Origin: Hormiphora californensis
Taxonomy: Eukaryota; Animalia; Ctenophora
Assembly (NCBI GenBank): GCA_020137815.1
Contig: CM035359.1
Span: forward strand, 6,758,001-6,822,000
Direction: 5' to 3'
Length of the DNA: 64,000 nt
Of the stretch, positions 11,505-25,600 are shown in pieces (positions within the stretch are counted from its first letter, which is position 1; each line of letters begins with the position of its first letter). A program made the translations under genes and the position numbers. The notes below the pieces were generated by a model, which was given only the letters and a program-made list of their open reading frames with translations, had not been told where the DNA came from and made no database searches.

Positions 11505-13637
11505 TTAAACTCGTTGGGAGGGACTTCCTTCACTTGAGGAGCTACTGGAACTGGAGGAAGTTCTGGAGCTGCGTGTTATCGAGCCTTCACTCAATCTTGT
11601 CGGTTTGTTATCACCTCCCGTCACATTGGGATCTGGAAAAAAGAGTTGTCTTGAAATGTTCATAATTGTATACCATGGAAGACATTAATGTCAGGCCACG
11701 GCTATTTTCCACTGAGACCTGAGATCTCAGGTCTGACTGGAAAATAGCCGTGTCCTGGACCTGAGGTTTAGGCACGACTTTTTCCCCCCAATAGCTGTAA
11801 TGTGGTATGACTGAGGACTATAACATAATCAACAAGATATAAACTTACTGAATATCACTCTATCAGGATCCTCAGGATCCTTGTTTTTCACCTCTCCAAC
11901 AATTTCACTGTAGTGAGACTTCTTGGGCTTTGCAGGAATGTCAGGCTCTTCCAACTCCTGATTGTTCGGGAGATTTCTACTGAGTTTGAGATTTGAGTTG
12001 TTGGAATAATTGTGTAATTAATGCTTACATTTGCTGTGAAATTGATCTGACCCCCTACGTTTACGGACCAACAATAAAGTACCCGGGTAATCACACAAAA
12101 CCGTGATCAAAACGGTACTCCCACTGCATCACAAGCAGCACTGTAAGCAATAAAAGCAGTGCCAGGGGTGCTGATATCCCTTTCAATAACGTTCAGCCAC
12201 GGTCCTTCTGGTACAAATTTCTCTGCAGCGTAGCCGGGCGCTACCCCACAACATACGCATTCGTGTCGCTTTCGGGTCTCTCAAGAGAGCCCCTACCAAT
12301 CATAGCTTAAGGTGGGCTAGACGACATGCGTTAGACCAGGATCGAACCCTGGACCTAATGCATGGGAGGCGAATGACCACTACACCACCCTGCTGTAAGC
12401 AATGTGCAACTAAAATTTACCTCTTTTTTGTTGGGCAAAGAGAAGGGGTTCTTCATAAGTCCAGCCAACTTATTCTTTTTGATTGTGAACACAGAAGCGT
12501 ACGGATTCTCCTGATATTCAATGGATACGTTAAAAATAAATATCTAAAATAGCAAATGATTCAGAGCACAGCAAAATTCGCATTAGCAGCCAGCTGAACT
12601 TCCATGTTGTCAGCTAATTGGTAATAATTTTAATTGGTATCAACTATCAGGACATCAGGTAATAAAACAAGCATATATATATACCGCGAGTGCACATATC
12701 ACTCCCGCTGTGCGCGACCATTTGCACGCTGAAATATGCACTGTGCTTCCGCGGGAGCGTGCAGATATATGGGTAGCGGGATATAAGTGAGAAAAGTGTT
12801 CTCGCAGTGTTTTTACACCTTATTCACACACAAACACACAGAATATGACTGACAAGGTACTACACGACACAAAGTCTGTCAAATTACACTCACTCTCCCT
12901 CTTTCTCTCACTAATTATCCCTTTATCACGTTTTGTTGTTTTCTATTTCCAAGAATTCCAATCTCCCTCTCTTGTATCTCTCTCTTTATCTCTCTCTTCA
13001 TTCCATTGTTAAAGAGTGTCAAAACTTGTTACCCTTGTGTGTAAGAGTTGCAGTAGTGTCTGTTAGTATTTTTGAGTGTGTTTTTGCTTAGTTTGTACCT
13101 TGTTTTGTCACATCTCTCTGTGTGTAATCACCCAAAATTATGATTGTTTTGCTTGTCATGTGTTTTCTCGCGGAATATATACTCAATAACGTCCTGCACG
13201 GCATGTGCAAGCGATCCTATATCGCACTCGTTTCACTCGTGCAATATAGGTGTGAAATGCACTCCAGCTGCGCTGTCGTGCATTTCACCTCCATATACGC
13301 TCTGCAGTGCAGAGCGTATATGGCACGCTTGCACTGCGTGCAGAACGTTATGTACTATATAAAGTTCAGCTGATTCCCCATCAAAATATATGTACTATCA
13401 CACAGGCTGTTACAAACAATAGCTGGGACTGCAGCGTTTGCCAGCCGATTGCTGAGCTATATAATTGGAGCCAGCTACTCACGGCCTTGGTTTCTCCTCC
13501 ACTGAAAGATTTCTTTGTAAAACCATGACAACTATACATAATTATTACCAGCTGGCAGCTATAATAGTACTTACGGGGCAGCGTTTCGACACTTTAAGCG
13601 CCTTCGCTTACGCTCGCCCTTCGGCCCGGTGTGAGAG
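11505..13637 (-). CDS. IgSF cytoplasmic tail C, five small exons with two tyrosine motifs
   Basis: Exons 13637-13575 (phase 2-2, optional), 13501-13483 (2-0), 12510-12421 (0-0; ENPYASV), 11957-11849 (0-1; SHYSEI) and 11632-11505 (ends SPSQRV*). All are GT-AG and mutually in frame. Confidence 0.68.
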
Positions 13638-16600
13638 CTGACAGGCAAGGAACATGTCAAGGCAGCGTAGTTTCTGTAATCGGTGGTTTTGTTCCGACCC
13701 CCGTTTTTTTCAAATGTTTTGAGTCAATTTCGACATGAATTCGTATTACTCGACCATTTTGTGATAAAGATAGATAAAAAGTTTCCTTGAAATACAAAAT
13801 ATAAATATCCGTGTATAATGTATAAGAACTCCTTTATAGAATGGTTTAATTAGAACTGATTTTTACAGTCATTTATGGGTTGTATTTTCGATCAGTAATC
13901 AGTATCTGTGAATGTGATAATCTGTTTCTGTTAATCGCGATGCAAGCTTTCATTTTCTGTTCATGTGATCTGTTCTGTTTTCATGTGAAGATAAAGTTAG
14001 TGAAGTCTATTTTGTTGTCTGTTACTCTGCTACCATTTTCTGGCCTTTGGTGGTTACCGATTCTGTATCTCATGATTTGACGATATGGAAAATCTTCTAA
14101 GCCTTCAGACCAACACCTTTTATCCTATGACTCTTCAAAGGTCATCCACCCTAAGCATCTTCATTATTCCTCCCTGTGTTTCCTCCCTAAGCATCCTCCT
14201 CCTTGTGAGCTGGTTTCCTCACATAAATCCCATGCTCCTTGTTAAACTTGACAAACTGGGATCCCGCCATGCTAAACAAGTGACTCATACTTTGTCTCTT
14301 TCTGAGCGGCTTCTGTGGGGGTGTTCCACCACCGGGTACTGGGGCCACATTTTCACCGCCCTTCTGTTTGTCTGAATCATGTTTTTTGTCTCCCTTTTTA
14401 TCTCCCTTTTTGTCTCCCTTTTCCTCGTCTCTGGCTGAGTCATAATTGCAACACCAACAAGATAATCCACTGAAAAAAGAAGGTTTCGTCTCTTGATGAG
14501 CTGATTCATGGGTGCAGGTGTGAGAGGTATGAGAGGACTTCATATACTGCTGCTCCATATAATGATGATGGCCGTCATTGTTACATTGTCTTTTCCCAAC
14601 CATATATATGGTCATGTCCCCCACCATCTATTGGATAGTTCCCACCATAAATTACATATATATCTGCTACTTTTCCCCCAAATGTACTATCTACTCCGCG
14701 GGATATGTTGTCCACGTGTCTCTGTTCCACAGTAGTACTAATTAAACCCTCTCATTTCGTGGCATGCTCATTGTTCTGTTGTACATGCCAGTCTCTGAGT
14801 CATATTTTACAAAGGGACTGTTGGGAATGCTAAAGAAGTTTGTCAGCCTCATGGATATGGGGACATCCGAAATGGAAGGCCTCTGATCTTGATCCTTGCC
14901 ATCCTTTCCCTTTTTCCCTTTTCCCGCATCTTTAGACTTGATTCGTTCCAGTGATTTATCGGCAGCTGGGTCGGATTTCGATCTTTTGAAGGAGGGGATT
15001 CTGTCACGGAGAGAGCGCTGCCTTTTCGGGGATCCAGAGGGAGACTCACCAGCCGCGGTGGTGGTAGCAGATTTGTTTCGGAAGATGATTGGTGATCGCC
15101 GTTTTTCAACTGGGGATGATCTACCCCTTCCCGCCACAGTCCTTTTCTTGCTAGTGGGAGAATCCTCGATCTTGTTCCTTTGGGATAGCCTTGTAATTTT
15201 AACTGTTGGCTTATCACTCAGCTTCTTCTTTGGTGGGTAGGCTGCCTCATCCTTGTCTTTCTCTGATCCAAGCCCAATGAATGACATGTTAAACTTGGGC
15301 AAGGAAGGGAACGACCATTTTCCGTCCGGTGTTTCGGGCCTCTTTTTTTCTGGTTCTGTGAAACAACAAGGGCAGCATGCTATACAGGATATAAGGCAAG
15401 TCTGTTCAAATGTGTTATCACCCCGTCTGAAAGAGTTACACCACGTTGGAATATGTATATGGGGGACAGCTGGGCCAGTATCATGAAGAACTCATATTAT
15501 GAAGGAGCACATATTATGAAGGAGCTCGCATTATGAAGGAGCACATATTATGAAGGAGCACATATTATGAAGGAGCACATTATGAAGGAGCATTATGGTT
15601 GGACTCACGACACTGGCCAGTGTTATGAAGCAGCAGTATATATTATATGGGAAGTGGGTGATGTGAAATATAAAAAAAGAGGAGCACGTGCTTGTTGAGC
15701 AGGATATATCGTCAAGGTTTTCAAGAGTAAAAAGATGATAACTATTACTGTATTTTGTACTTACTCAAGGGCAGAAGCATCACCATCGTGTTTGTTTTCG
15801 CGGTAGTTTTTGCAGATACAGATACAGATGAACACGAAGCAGATGAAGATAATGATTCCGGCGATAATGCTAGCTGCCACTACGGCAGCTACCTCACTGT
15901 CCTTTAGTCTTATCTCCTCGGCTGAAACATATGAGTTGTTACAATTGTTACAGCTATTAGATGAGGCAGATCATTTTGTGTATATCCATTATTATGATGA
16001 TCTTCAAATAAAAATGATCGTCAATAAGTTTCAAAATAAAGAATTCACATGATTCCACAATTTTGTTATACCTTCAGCCTCAGTAATGATTGTCATCTGG
16101 GAAGTTTCTGTTACGGTTCCGTTGCCATTGGTAGCGGTACACTTTACATCAAAAGTTCCACCTTCAAAAGGTGTCCATGTAATCACAGATTCGCTCTTGA
16201 ATTTCTCCTGTGGAAGATGATAGCTTATTATTTTGAAGATAAAATGGTTTTCTGATTATATGGACTCCATTTATAGATAGGTGAATAAAAGAATAAACAA
16301 TCTATAGATTCAGTATCAAAGTGAGACTTGTAAAGCTAAAGAAAAGGATTAAATCGAATGGACCCACCTTCCCCCACAGTAAAAAGACCTGTTAAGCCTG
16401 CCCACCATTTCTGACAGAATCATAGAAAATTTCATGTGGAAAATTTCATAATTTCTGTCAATTTTCAACACTCATTTACTAGCAGAACAATTTTCTGACA
16501 GAAATGGTTCAGAAACTTTCTGAAAGCACATTCCCATGAAATTTATCACTGCGCTCACATCGGCGTCTCTAGGTTGGACCTGTTTTGTTTCTTTTCCAGT

Positions 16601-19600
16601 CTTATATATGCTTTATTAAGGCTTTTAATGCGTACGCATGCGTTTAATGCTCCGGTATAGTGACCGTACCGATATCATGCCCTTTGGCAATGACCCTGCC
16701 CACCAAAATTCCCCAACCCCTAGTGCCACCTTCTCAATTGTAGTGGTATTCTGAACTGTCTTGTCTGTGTATATGGTCCAAGTGAGGGAGGGAGGTGGGT
16801 ATCCCCTGGCCTCGCACTTCATCTCCATCTCCTCTCCAACAATACCATCAGGAATGGTCATCTTCACGTTGTATGGTGCCTCGCCCGTATCTAAACAGTT
16901 AGGGAGTCATTATCTTGATTTTATATTAACTTTACATCAGCTCTATAATATATCCAGCAATCAGCGTTTTATATGCGACTCAAAAACAGCCGATTGGTCA
17001 ACTTATTGATTCAGCGTTTTATAATTGGGCGATTGTTAGTTAGATAATTAATATTTCCCAGCGAATAATTAAATTAATTAAATATGTGGTCAGCAGTTTT
17101 ACTGTTCGTCATATGATTGGTGTCACATACCCGAACCTGTATAAGAAATTAGTTTGTTAGCTGAGCTTGACATGTCCAGCATCTACATGGAACATGACAC
17201 ACTGAATCCAGTGCAGTCATACACGGCCGCTTGTAGTGGGAATACGGTAATGGAAAACGGAGACACTGTATGAAGGCGCGCAACCGTGGCCAATCGGCGC
17301 GTTAGTACGTGCTGACAAAAAGTACTTTTAACAGATTGTTGACAAAAGCCCTTGCGCGTTACGCAAATTCCGCGCAGATTACTGTATTTTGCGTTACCGT
17401 ATTTTGACTGCAAGCAGCACTGTAATGATCAACCATCAATGGTAGTCCATCATTGATAGTTTACCAGAAACAATAATTGTAATCTACTGCTATAATTGCC
17501 TGGCTAGACTGTGTTTCGGGCGCCTACCTTTACAAATGTAAAGGGAGGGTTAGAACATAACAATGTTATAAATGACCCGATACCTTATTTCAATCAGTTA
17601 GTCCGTCGATAGAACGAAACCCATTATAGCCGGTAGAGTTTGATCTATACCGAACCCTCACAATAAAATGACGGTGTGATCAGCCACAAAAGGCCGTTGA
17701 GTAAATACTAAATGATAAAACTTACCAACGTAAACGTTAACTTCCTCTGATGTCACTCCTGCACTGGTACACTTGTATTTCCCTTCATGGTCAGCATTAG
17801 CCCCCTCAAACACTGCCTCAACGATACCCTGGATAAATATATTGTGGATTATATACCCTGGATAAATTGTGGGTTAATAGATCATTGTCATTCCAGAAAA
17901 TAGTGATCTCCATAAAATTTCAGCTATAAATTCTAACGTTGTGTTTCTTCACACAACAACTTCTTGACTGGAGTGTCTCTGTGTGTACCTTGTATTGTGT
18001 TGGTATCTCAGTAGCAGTCTGACTATCAGGTACAACCGCCTCTCCATCTTTGAACCACGCCACAGCTGCAGTCTTGTCAAAGTTGAGTGGTTTCTCGTTT
18101 TGAACACAGGTCAAGGTAATGGCATCTCCCCGGATAGGGAAGAAATCACCAGTGACTTCAACGAAGGTTTCACGTGCTGGAACGGTTATGAGTTAGAGCT
18201 AATTAATTAATTAATTGATGTCTCCTGGCAGCATAGTGCAACCTACAATTGAAAACGGCATTGTTTACATGTAAATTCTTGGACATTTTACAATCATTTC
18301 ATTAACCGTTTGGGACCCTAGTGCTGCAGTGACGGCGCCATGCTACCGGTTCCCATGGTGTTAATTCTAAACATCCTTCCATCACTTACTAACGGTGAGT
18401 TGCATGGTTGAACTGTCAGTCATCGTCTTATCATCCTTGACAGTATTGTATCCAGTACATGTAACAGTACCCTCATGCCCGTACACTACACTCACTTTGC
18501 CTGAGAAGAAAGTTAACCTATAATTTGAAGGGTTTTTTAATTCGACATTTCCAGTTTTGAGGTTAGATATAGGGTAAGTTGATTCGCAGCTAGACCCTAG
18601 GTATAGTTCAGTACCTTTGCATGTTTTCTCATACGCCCCGGTGCAAGTTCCATCACCCTTATTATCTCCACTGTTTACGTTACTGCTCCAAGTCAGAATA
18701 ACCAGCTGAATAAGTTAAATAATTAATTAACTACTCAATAATAGCTTTAGTCTCAACTTAGACCATGGGGTATATATGTTTCCCAGTACTATTAAAGATG
18801 AATTTGTACGATTTTCCAACTAAATCTAACAAGAATATAGTGTAAAGACATACCAGACTTTCTATTTACTTCAAATGGGAAACCTTGCACATCCGATAGT
18901 CGGACTGCCACATGGTTCGAAAATTAGCCGCGCTGACGTCGAAAAAAAACCTTGCACTTGGCAGGTATAAAATATCAACTTGTATCATATCACTTACATC
19001 GCCGCGTTTCATTTCCACCTTGTAGGGGGCCCTTCCACCGCTGACCTTACAGGTGAACTCAGCCATATCCCCATACTCAAGAGCAGTGGAAGCTGTCGTG
19101 AAACTCTCTACCTGGACAGCCTTGATGACTGCAAGAGCACCGTTCGCAATCTCGTTCTGGTTCAAATTGCTACCATCTTTAGACCTAAGGGGGGGCATGT
19201 GTTTGAAGGTTTCATCTCAAATAGGTTAGGGATATCTCACGTGAGTTCACCACTTGGGTCATTCCCTCCACATGTCTCCATCGCGGACAGTGCCGTCAGC
19301 CCTAAACAGCTGATCCATAGGGTATCTCACAGCTCGATTGTTTATTACTCACTGGTAGCTGTGAGTCGCCTTGCAGTAGTACGTTCCACTGCTCTCCACA
19401 TTGGTTTTGTCGATGGTAATGGAATAGGTATTGTCACTTTTCCTGATGCACCCCGTGGTATCCGCTGACTTGTCGTAGCAGGTCTCTATTGACTGCAGGG
19501 GAACAAAGATATTAGTATAACAGTGTGTATGAGACTTATGAGGTTTTATGTTTACAGGTGTATTAAGGTGCAGGGAGGTAATGCACCTAGCCGACCAAAA

Positions 19601-22600
19601 GAAAACAGGAAGAAAAAATAAAAGAAAAAATAAGTTTCTACATACATACCTCATCTTCCTCAAAGTAGTTCTGCTTGTAAATCGTTACAGATGGAGTAGG
19701 GTAACCTGATGCCTTGCAGACGACAGTGTTGTCCGTTGAATCTTCATCAATCTCAGATGGTACGGATAAAGTCAATGATAGGGCCTCTGATGAAATATAT
19801 GATGAGTGAGTAAATTGACAACGTATTCACGGAGCAATATTCGGGGCCTGGCAAGGCCCCCCGACCCGAATATAACCCAAACTCAACCCATCCCCCCTAA
19901 AACATCCCCCCTAAAACTAAAACAACGGGGCCGAGCCGACAGGCCCTTAATACCAGATGAAAAAAAAACCATTCGGGGCCTGGCAAGGCCCCCCGACCCG
20001 AATATAACCCAAACTCAACCCATCCCCCCTAAAACATCCCCCCTAAAACTAAAACAACGGGGCCGAGCCGACAGGCCCTTAATACCAGATGAAAAAAAAA
20101 CCATAACCATAACCATTCGGGGCCTGGCAAGGCCCCCCGACCCGAATATAACCCAAACTCAACCCATCCCCCCTAAAACATCCCCCCTAAAACTAAAACA
20201 ACGGGGCCGAGCCGACAGGCCCTTAATACCAGATTAAAAAAAACCATAACCATTCGGGGCCTGGCAAGGCCCCCCGACCCGAATATAACCCAAACTCAAC
20301 CCACCCCCCCTAAAACATCCCCCCTAAAACTAAAACAACGGGGCCGAGCCGACAGGCCCTTAATACCAGATGAAAAAAAAACCATTCGGGGCCTGGTAAG
20401 GCCCCCCGACCCGAATATAACCCAAACTCAACCCATCCCCCCTAAAACATCCCCCCTAAAACTAAAACAACGGGGCCGAGCCGACAGGCCCTTAATACCA
20501 GATGAAAAAAAAACCATAAAACCATAACCATAAACCATAACCATAGATATTTTTAGAGTGAAAGTTTTGAAGCCCCCTGAAGTAGTAGAGAGGTGTTCTA
20601 TGGCTCGTTGGAAAGGTCTCGAGGTCCCGCGACGTATAGGGGGTGTGGCGATGGCCATACCCAAACCCATAAGGTGTAGGACGCGAAAAACAGTCAAAAT
20701 AAGGGGTATACAGAACTCGGCAATTAGAAGGAGTAGAAAGGTGTTCTAGGGTGCGTTCGAAAGATCTCGAGGTGCTGAAGTAATTGGAATGTAATTGGAA
20801 GTAATTACATGTAATTAAAATGTAATTACATGTAATTAAAGGGTAATTACATGTAATTAAAATGTCTAAATGACCCAGAATGATAATTTAAACATATTTT
20901 GACATATTTGGAGGCCCTGAAATCAGCGGGTGGCCAAATTTAATCCGGTTTCGGGTCGGCTGACGTAAAAACTCCGCGTTTTGGTCGATCAACCATAAAC
21001 CATAAAACCATAAACCATAACCATAACCATAACCATAGATATTTTTAGAGTGAAAGTTTTGAAGCCCCCTGAAGTAGTAGAGAGGTGTTCTATGGCTCGT
21101 TGGAAAGGTCTCGAGGTCCCGCGACGTATAGGGGGTGTGGCGATGGCCATACCCAAACCTATAAGGGGTAGGACGCGAAAAACAGTCAAAATAAGGGGTA
21201 TGCTGAACTCGGCAATTAGAAGCAGTAGAAAGGTGTTCTAGGGTGCGTTCGAAAGCTCTCGAGATGCTGAAGTAATTGGAATGTAATTGGAAGTAATTAC
21301 ATGTAATTAAAGGGTAATTACATGTAATTAAAGGGTAATTACATGTAATTAAAAGGTCTAAATGACCCCACATGATAATTTAAACATATTTTGACGTATT
21401 TGGAGCAATTGGAAGGAGTAGAAAGGTGTTCTAGGGTGCGTTCGAAAGCTCTCGAGGTGCTGAAGTAATTGGAATGTAATTGGAAGTAATTATACATGTA
21501 ATTAAAGGGTAATTACATGTAATTAAAGGGTAATTACATGTAATTAAAAGGTATATTACATGTAATTAAAAGGTCTGCATGATCCCAAATGACAATTTAA
21601 ACATATTTTGACATATTTTGAGGCCCTGAGACCAGCGGGTGGCCAAATTTAATCAGGTTTCGGGTCGGCTGACGTAAAAACTCCGCGTTTTGGTCGAGGT
21701 AAACCATAAACCATAAACCATAAACCATAGATATTTTTAGAGTGAAAGTTTTGAAGCCCCCTGAAGTAGTAGAGAGGTGTTCTATGGCTCGTTGGAAAGG
21801 TCTCGAGGTCCCGCGACGTATAGGGGGTGTGGCGATGGCCATACCCAAACCTATAAGGGGTAGGACGCGAAAAACAGTCAAAATAAGGGGTATACAGAAC
21901 TCGGCAATTGGAAGGAGTAGAAAGGTGTTATAGGGTGCGTTCGAAAGCTCTCGAGGTGCTGAAGTAATTGGAATGTAATTGGAAGTAATTACATGTAATT
22001 AAAGCGTAATTACATGTAATTAAAGGGTAATTACATGTAATTAAAAGGTCCAAATGACCCCAAATGACAATTCAGACATATTTTGACATCTTTGGAGGCC
22101 CTGAGACAAGCGGGTGGCCAAATTTAATCCGGTTTCGGGTCGGCTGACGTAAAAACTCCGCGTTTTGGTCGAGATAACCATAAACCATAACCATAGATAT
22201 TTTTAGAGTGAAAGTTTTGAAGCCCCCTGAAGTAGTAGAGAGGTGTTCTATGGCTCGTTGGAAAGGTCTCGAGGTCCCGCGACGTATAGGGGGTGTGGCG
22301 ATGGCCATACCCAAACCTATAAGGGGTAGGACGCGAAAAACAGTCAAAATAAGGGGTATACAGAACTCAGCAATTAGAAGGAGTAGAAAGGTGTTCTAGG
22401 GTGCGTTCGAAAGCTCTCGAGGTGCTGAAGTAATTGGAATGTAATTGGAAGTAATCATACTACTTACTATTCAAATTGTCAGTGCTACATCACCTAGCAA
22501 CTACACCTGCACGTGCAATTATTAGAGCAACTTAGAAACCTCACTCCCAGTTGCAGTTTTGGGTACTAAGGGAAATTCAATTCTGCACGTGCATTCTTTT

Positions 22601-25600
22601 ACTTTTGTCCTGATGTCTAACTCTTCAACCCCAAGCGCTATTCGGCAACGGTCATCTGGGTCCAGGAAAACTGCTGCTGTCAGGGAGCAGGCTAGAGATT
22701 ATGACAGATTACGCCAACGTGTTCAAGCGAGCCAATCAACGACTACTGATAGCTTTACCCAACATCGACCAAGGGTGATTACTCCAGTTGAATATAGAAA
22801 TCTCCGAATCGGCTACATAGCTTAGCGGCCACGTTTTCACGGGATGAGTTTCTGGAACAGCACTGCACCTCCCTGACATTGATCTCTTAAATTCGCACCT
22901 TGACATTGTCAGGAAGCCCAGAGCGTACAACAACATGGGTATAAGGGAGAAAGTGAGAGATAGGCTAGGAACGGATGGTGCAGGTGATGTCAGCGTTCCC
23001 TAATCAAGCTACCATTTCCCCAAAATTCGCCCGTAGGGCGAACGGGCCTACTAGTTACATATAATTAAAATGTAATTACATGTAATTAAAGGGTAATTAC
23101 ATGTAATTAAAAGGTCTAAATGACCCAGAATGATAATTTAAACATATTTTGACATATTTGGAGGCCCTGAGACCAGCGGGTGGCCAAATTTATTCCGGTT
23201 TCGGGTCGGCTGACGTAAAAACTCCGCGTTTTGGTCGAGGTAACCATAAAACCATAAAACCATAAAACCATAGATATTTTTAGAGTGAAAGTTTTGAAGC
23301 CCCCTGAAGTAGTAGAGAGGTGTTCTATGGCTCGTTGGAAAGGTCTCGAGGTCCCGCGACGTATAGGGGGTGTGGCGATGGCCATACCCAAACCTATAAG
23401 GGGTAGGACGCGAAAAACAGTCAAAATAAGGGGTATACAGAACTCGGCAATTAGAAGGAGTAGAAAGGTGTTCTAGGGTGCGTTCGAAAGCTCTCGAGGT
23501 GCTGAAGTAATTGGAATGTAATTGGAAGTAATTACATGTAATTAAAATGTAATTACATGCAATTAAAGGGTAATTACATGTAATTAAAAGGTCTAAATGA
23601 CCCCAAATGACAATTTAGACATATTTTGACATATTTGGAGGCTCCGAGACCAGCGAGTGGCCAAATTTAATCAGGTTTCGGGTCGGCTGACGTAAAAACT
23701 CCGCGTTTTGGTCGAGGTAAAACCATAAACCATAAAACCATAAACCATAGATATTTTTAGAGTGAAAGTTTTGAAGCCCCCTGAAGTAGTAGAGAGGTGT
23801 TCTATGGCTCGTTGGAAAGGTCTCGAGGTCCCGCGACGTATAGGGGGTGTGGCGATGGCCATACCCAAACCTATAAGGGGTAGGACGCGAAAAACAGTCA
23901 AAATAAGGGGTATGCTGAACTCGGCAATTAGAAGCAGTAGAAAGGTGTTCTAGGGTGCGTTCGAAAGCTCTCGAGGTACTGAAGTAATTGGAATGTAATT
24001 GGAAGTAATTACATGTAATTAAAATGTAATTACATGTAATTAAAGGGTAATTACATGTAATTAAAAGGTCTAAATGACCCCAAATGACAATTTAGACATA
24101 TTTTGACATATTTGGAGGCCCTGAGACCAGCGGGTGGCCAAATTTAATCAGGTTTCGGGGCGGCTGACGTAAAAACTCCGCGTTTTGGTCGAGATATGTA
24201 ATGTATGTTTTACAAGAAAAATGAAAAGGGTAGTTTAAAGCAGGAAAGATTGACCAGCTAAGGGCTATGGTAATGTGTGTGAAGGCAATGCAATATTTCA
24301 CTGCATTGGTAATAATTAGTGCTCCGTGGCCTAAATTTGGTGCTCTGGGGGGGGGACAATGTTAAATATCACATACCAGTAACGATGACTTCAGTGGTTT
24401 TAGAGATCCAGCTGTCACTGTTGTACGCAAAGCACTGGTAAATGCCACTGTCACTTGACTTGGGGCTGTCGATGGGGAAGGTAATAGCCTTACCATTCTT
24501 CATCCAGTTACCCTGGAAACAATAATGTAGTTATTAATTGCCCTGGAGACAATAATGTAGTTATTAATTGCCCTGCATAACTCATTTGCTATACATGCTG
24601 GCCAACACTCAAAAATTTGAAAAAAAACCCTTGTTGAGGTTCTGGCGACTGGCAATATCATGTGATGTTCATATCCTCTGAGGATATCTTTTAACATTAA
24701 AAAGGACGTAATTTAAATTTACTTACATCTCCATTGGATGTTTTGCATGTCAGTGAGAGGGCTCCCTCGGATTCCCCATCCTCATACAGATAGTAGTTGG
24801 TAGGCTCTTGTGTGAACTGTACTGGGGACTCCGCTGAAGTGGTATAATTGGGTTGGTGTGATATCAGTACCGGAGTAGATAACTTAGCTTTACAAGAGAT
24901 TCAAGAGATTCAAATTAAAAAGTACTTAACAATAATATTATTGTCATATAACTATAGGTAAAAAGGTGGGAGTAGGAGGGGTAGAGAGAGGGTTCAGAGG
25001 GGTAATAATAACCAAGTTGTGAGTTATCAAGTACTCAGTGAACTGCAGTTTGTGAACTGTAATTGTCAACCCTTTCTCATCTCGTCCTCAGGTTTAAAAA
25101 TAACAATCCACAAACCTTGATCGATTCCCAAGCACAAAATAATTATAAAATTCACATACCTTGTGACATTGATGCTGTAGCGACATTACTTTTACAGTTG
25201 CCCTCTCCAATACACGCTTTACAGGTGTAGGAACCGGATGTGGTTGTTTTCAGAGTCCTACCGTTGTCAGTTAGCCCAGTGGTTACCTCCGTGCCGTCGC
25301 TTGCCCACCAGGTGTAGGTGGGTACCGGGTTAGACTCTGATAACGGGGATAATTGGGGATTTAGATTGGAATACTGTAAGATGTCTTTATTACACCACAG
25401 TATTATCCTGGAGGCAACACCTCAGTTTCATTTCTCACCGTCTTTATATCCGATGGTTCCACAGCAAAGTGTAGCAGTCTGTCCATCTGTCACCTTGTCT
25501 CCGTTAAGAGCCAGAGTGGTTGATGTATACTCGATATTTCCAAACTCTTGCTTAACTTCGACCTTGTACTCGTAGGCTACTTGTGTGACAACCCCGTCGG

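Noticed and set aside
12320-12393. Functional tRNA-Gly gene
   Set aside because: The acceptor and anticodon stems do not pair well, and the head is fused to a 170-bp body with a TSD, so it is a SINE.
12680-13345. Possible old MITE with gtgca-rich ends (similar case at 17210-17422)
   Set aside because: The termini are too degenerate to define TIRs or a TSD by eye.
15355-15357. cacag at 15356 as the tail A acceptor
   Set aside because: It is phase 1 and incompatible with the phase-2 TM donor. The acceptor at 15427 fits.
19806-24301. Repeated 63-160 aa ORFs and a CRISPR-like look of the array
   Set aside because: The units are identical tandem copies with no unique spacers, there are no cas genes, and the context is a eukaryotic intron.
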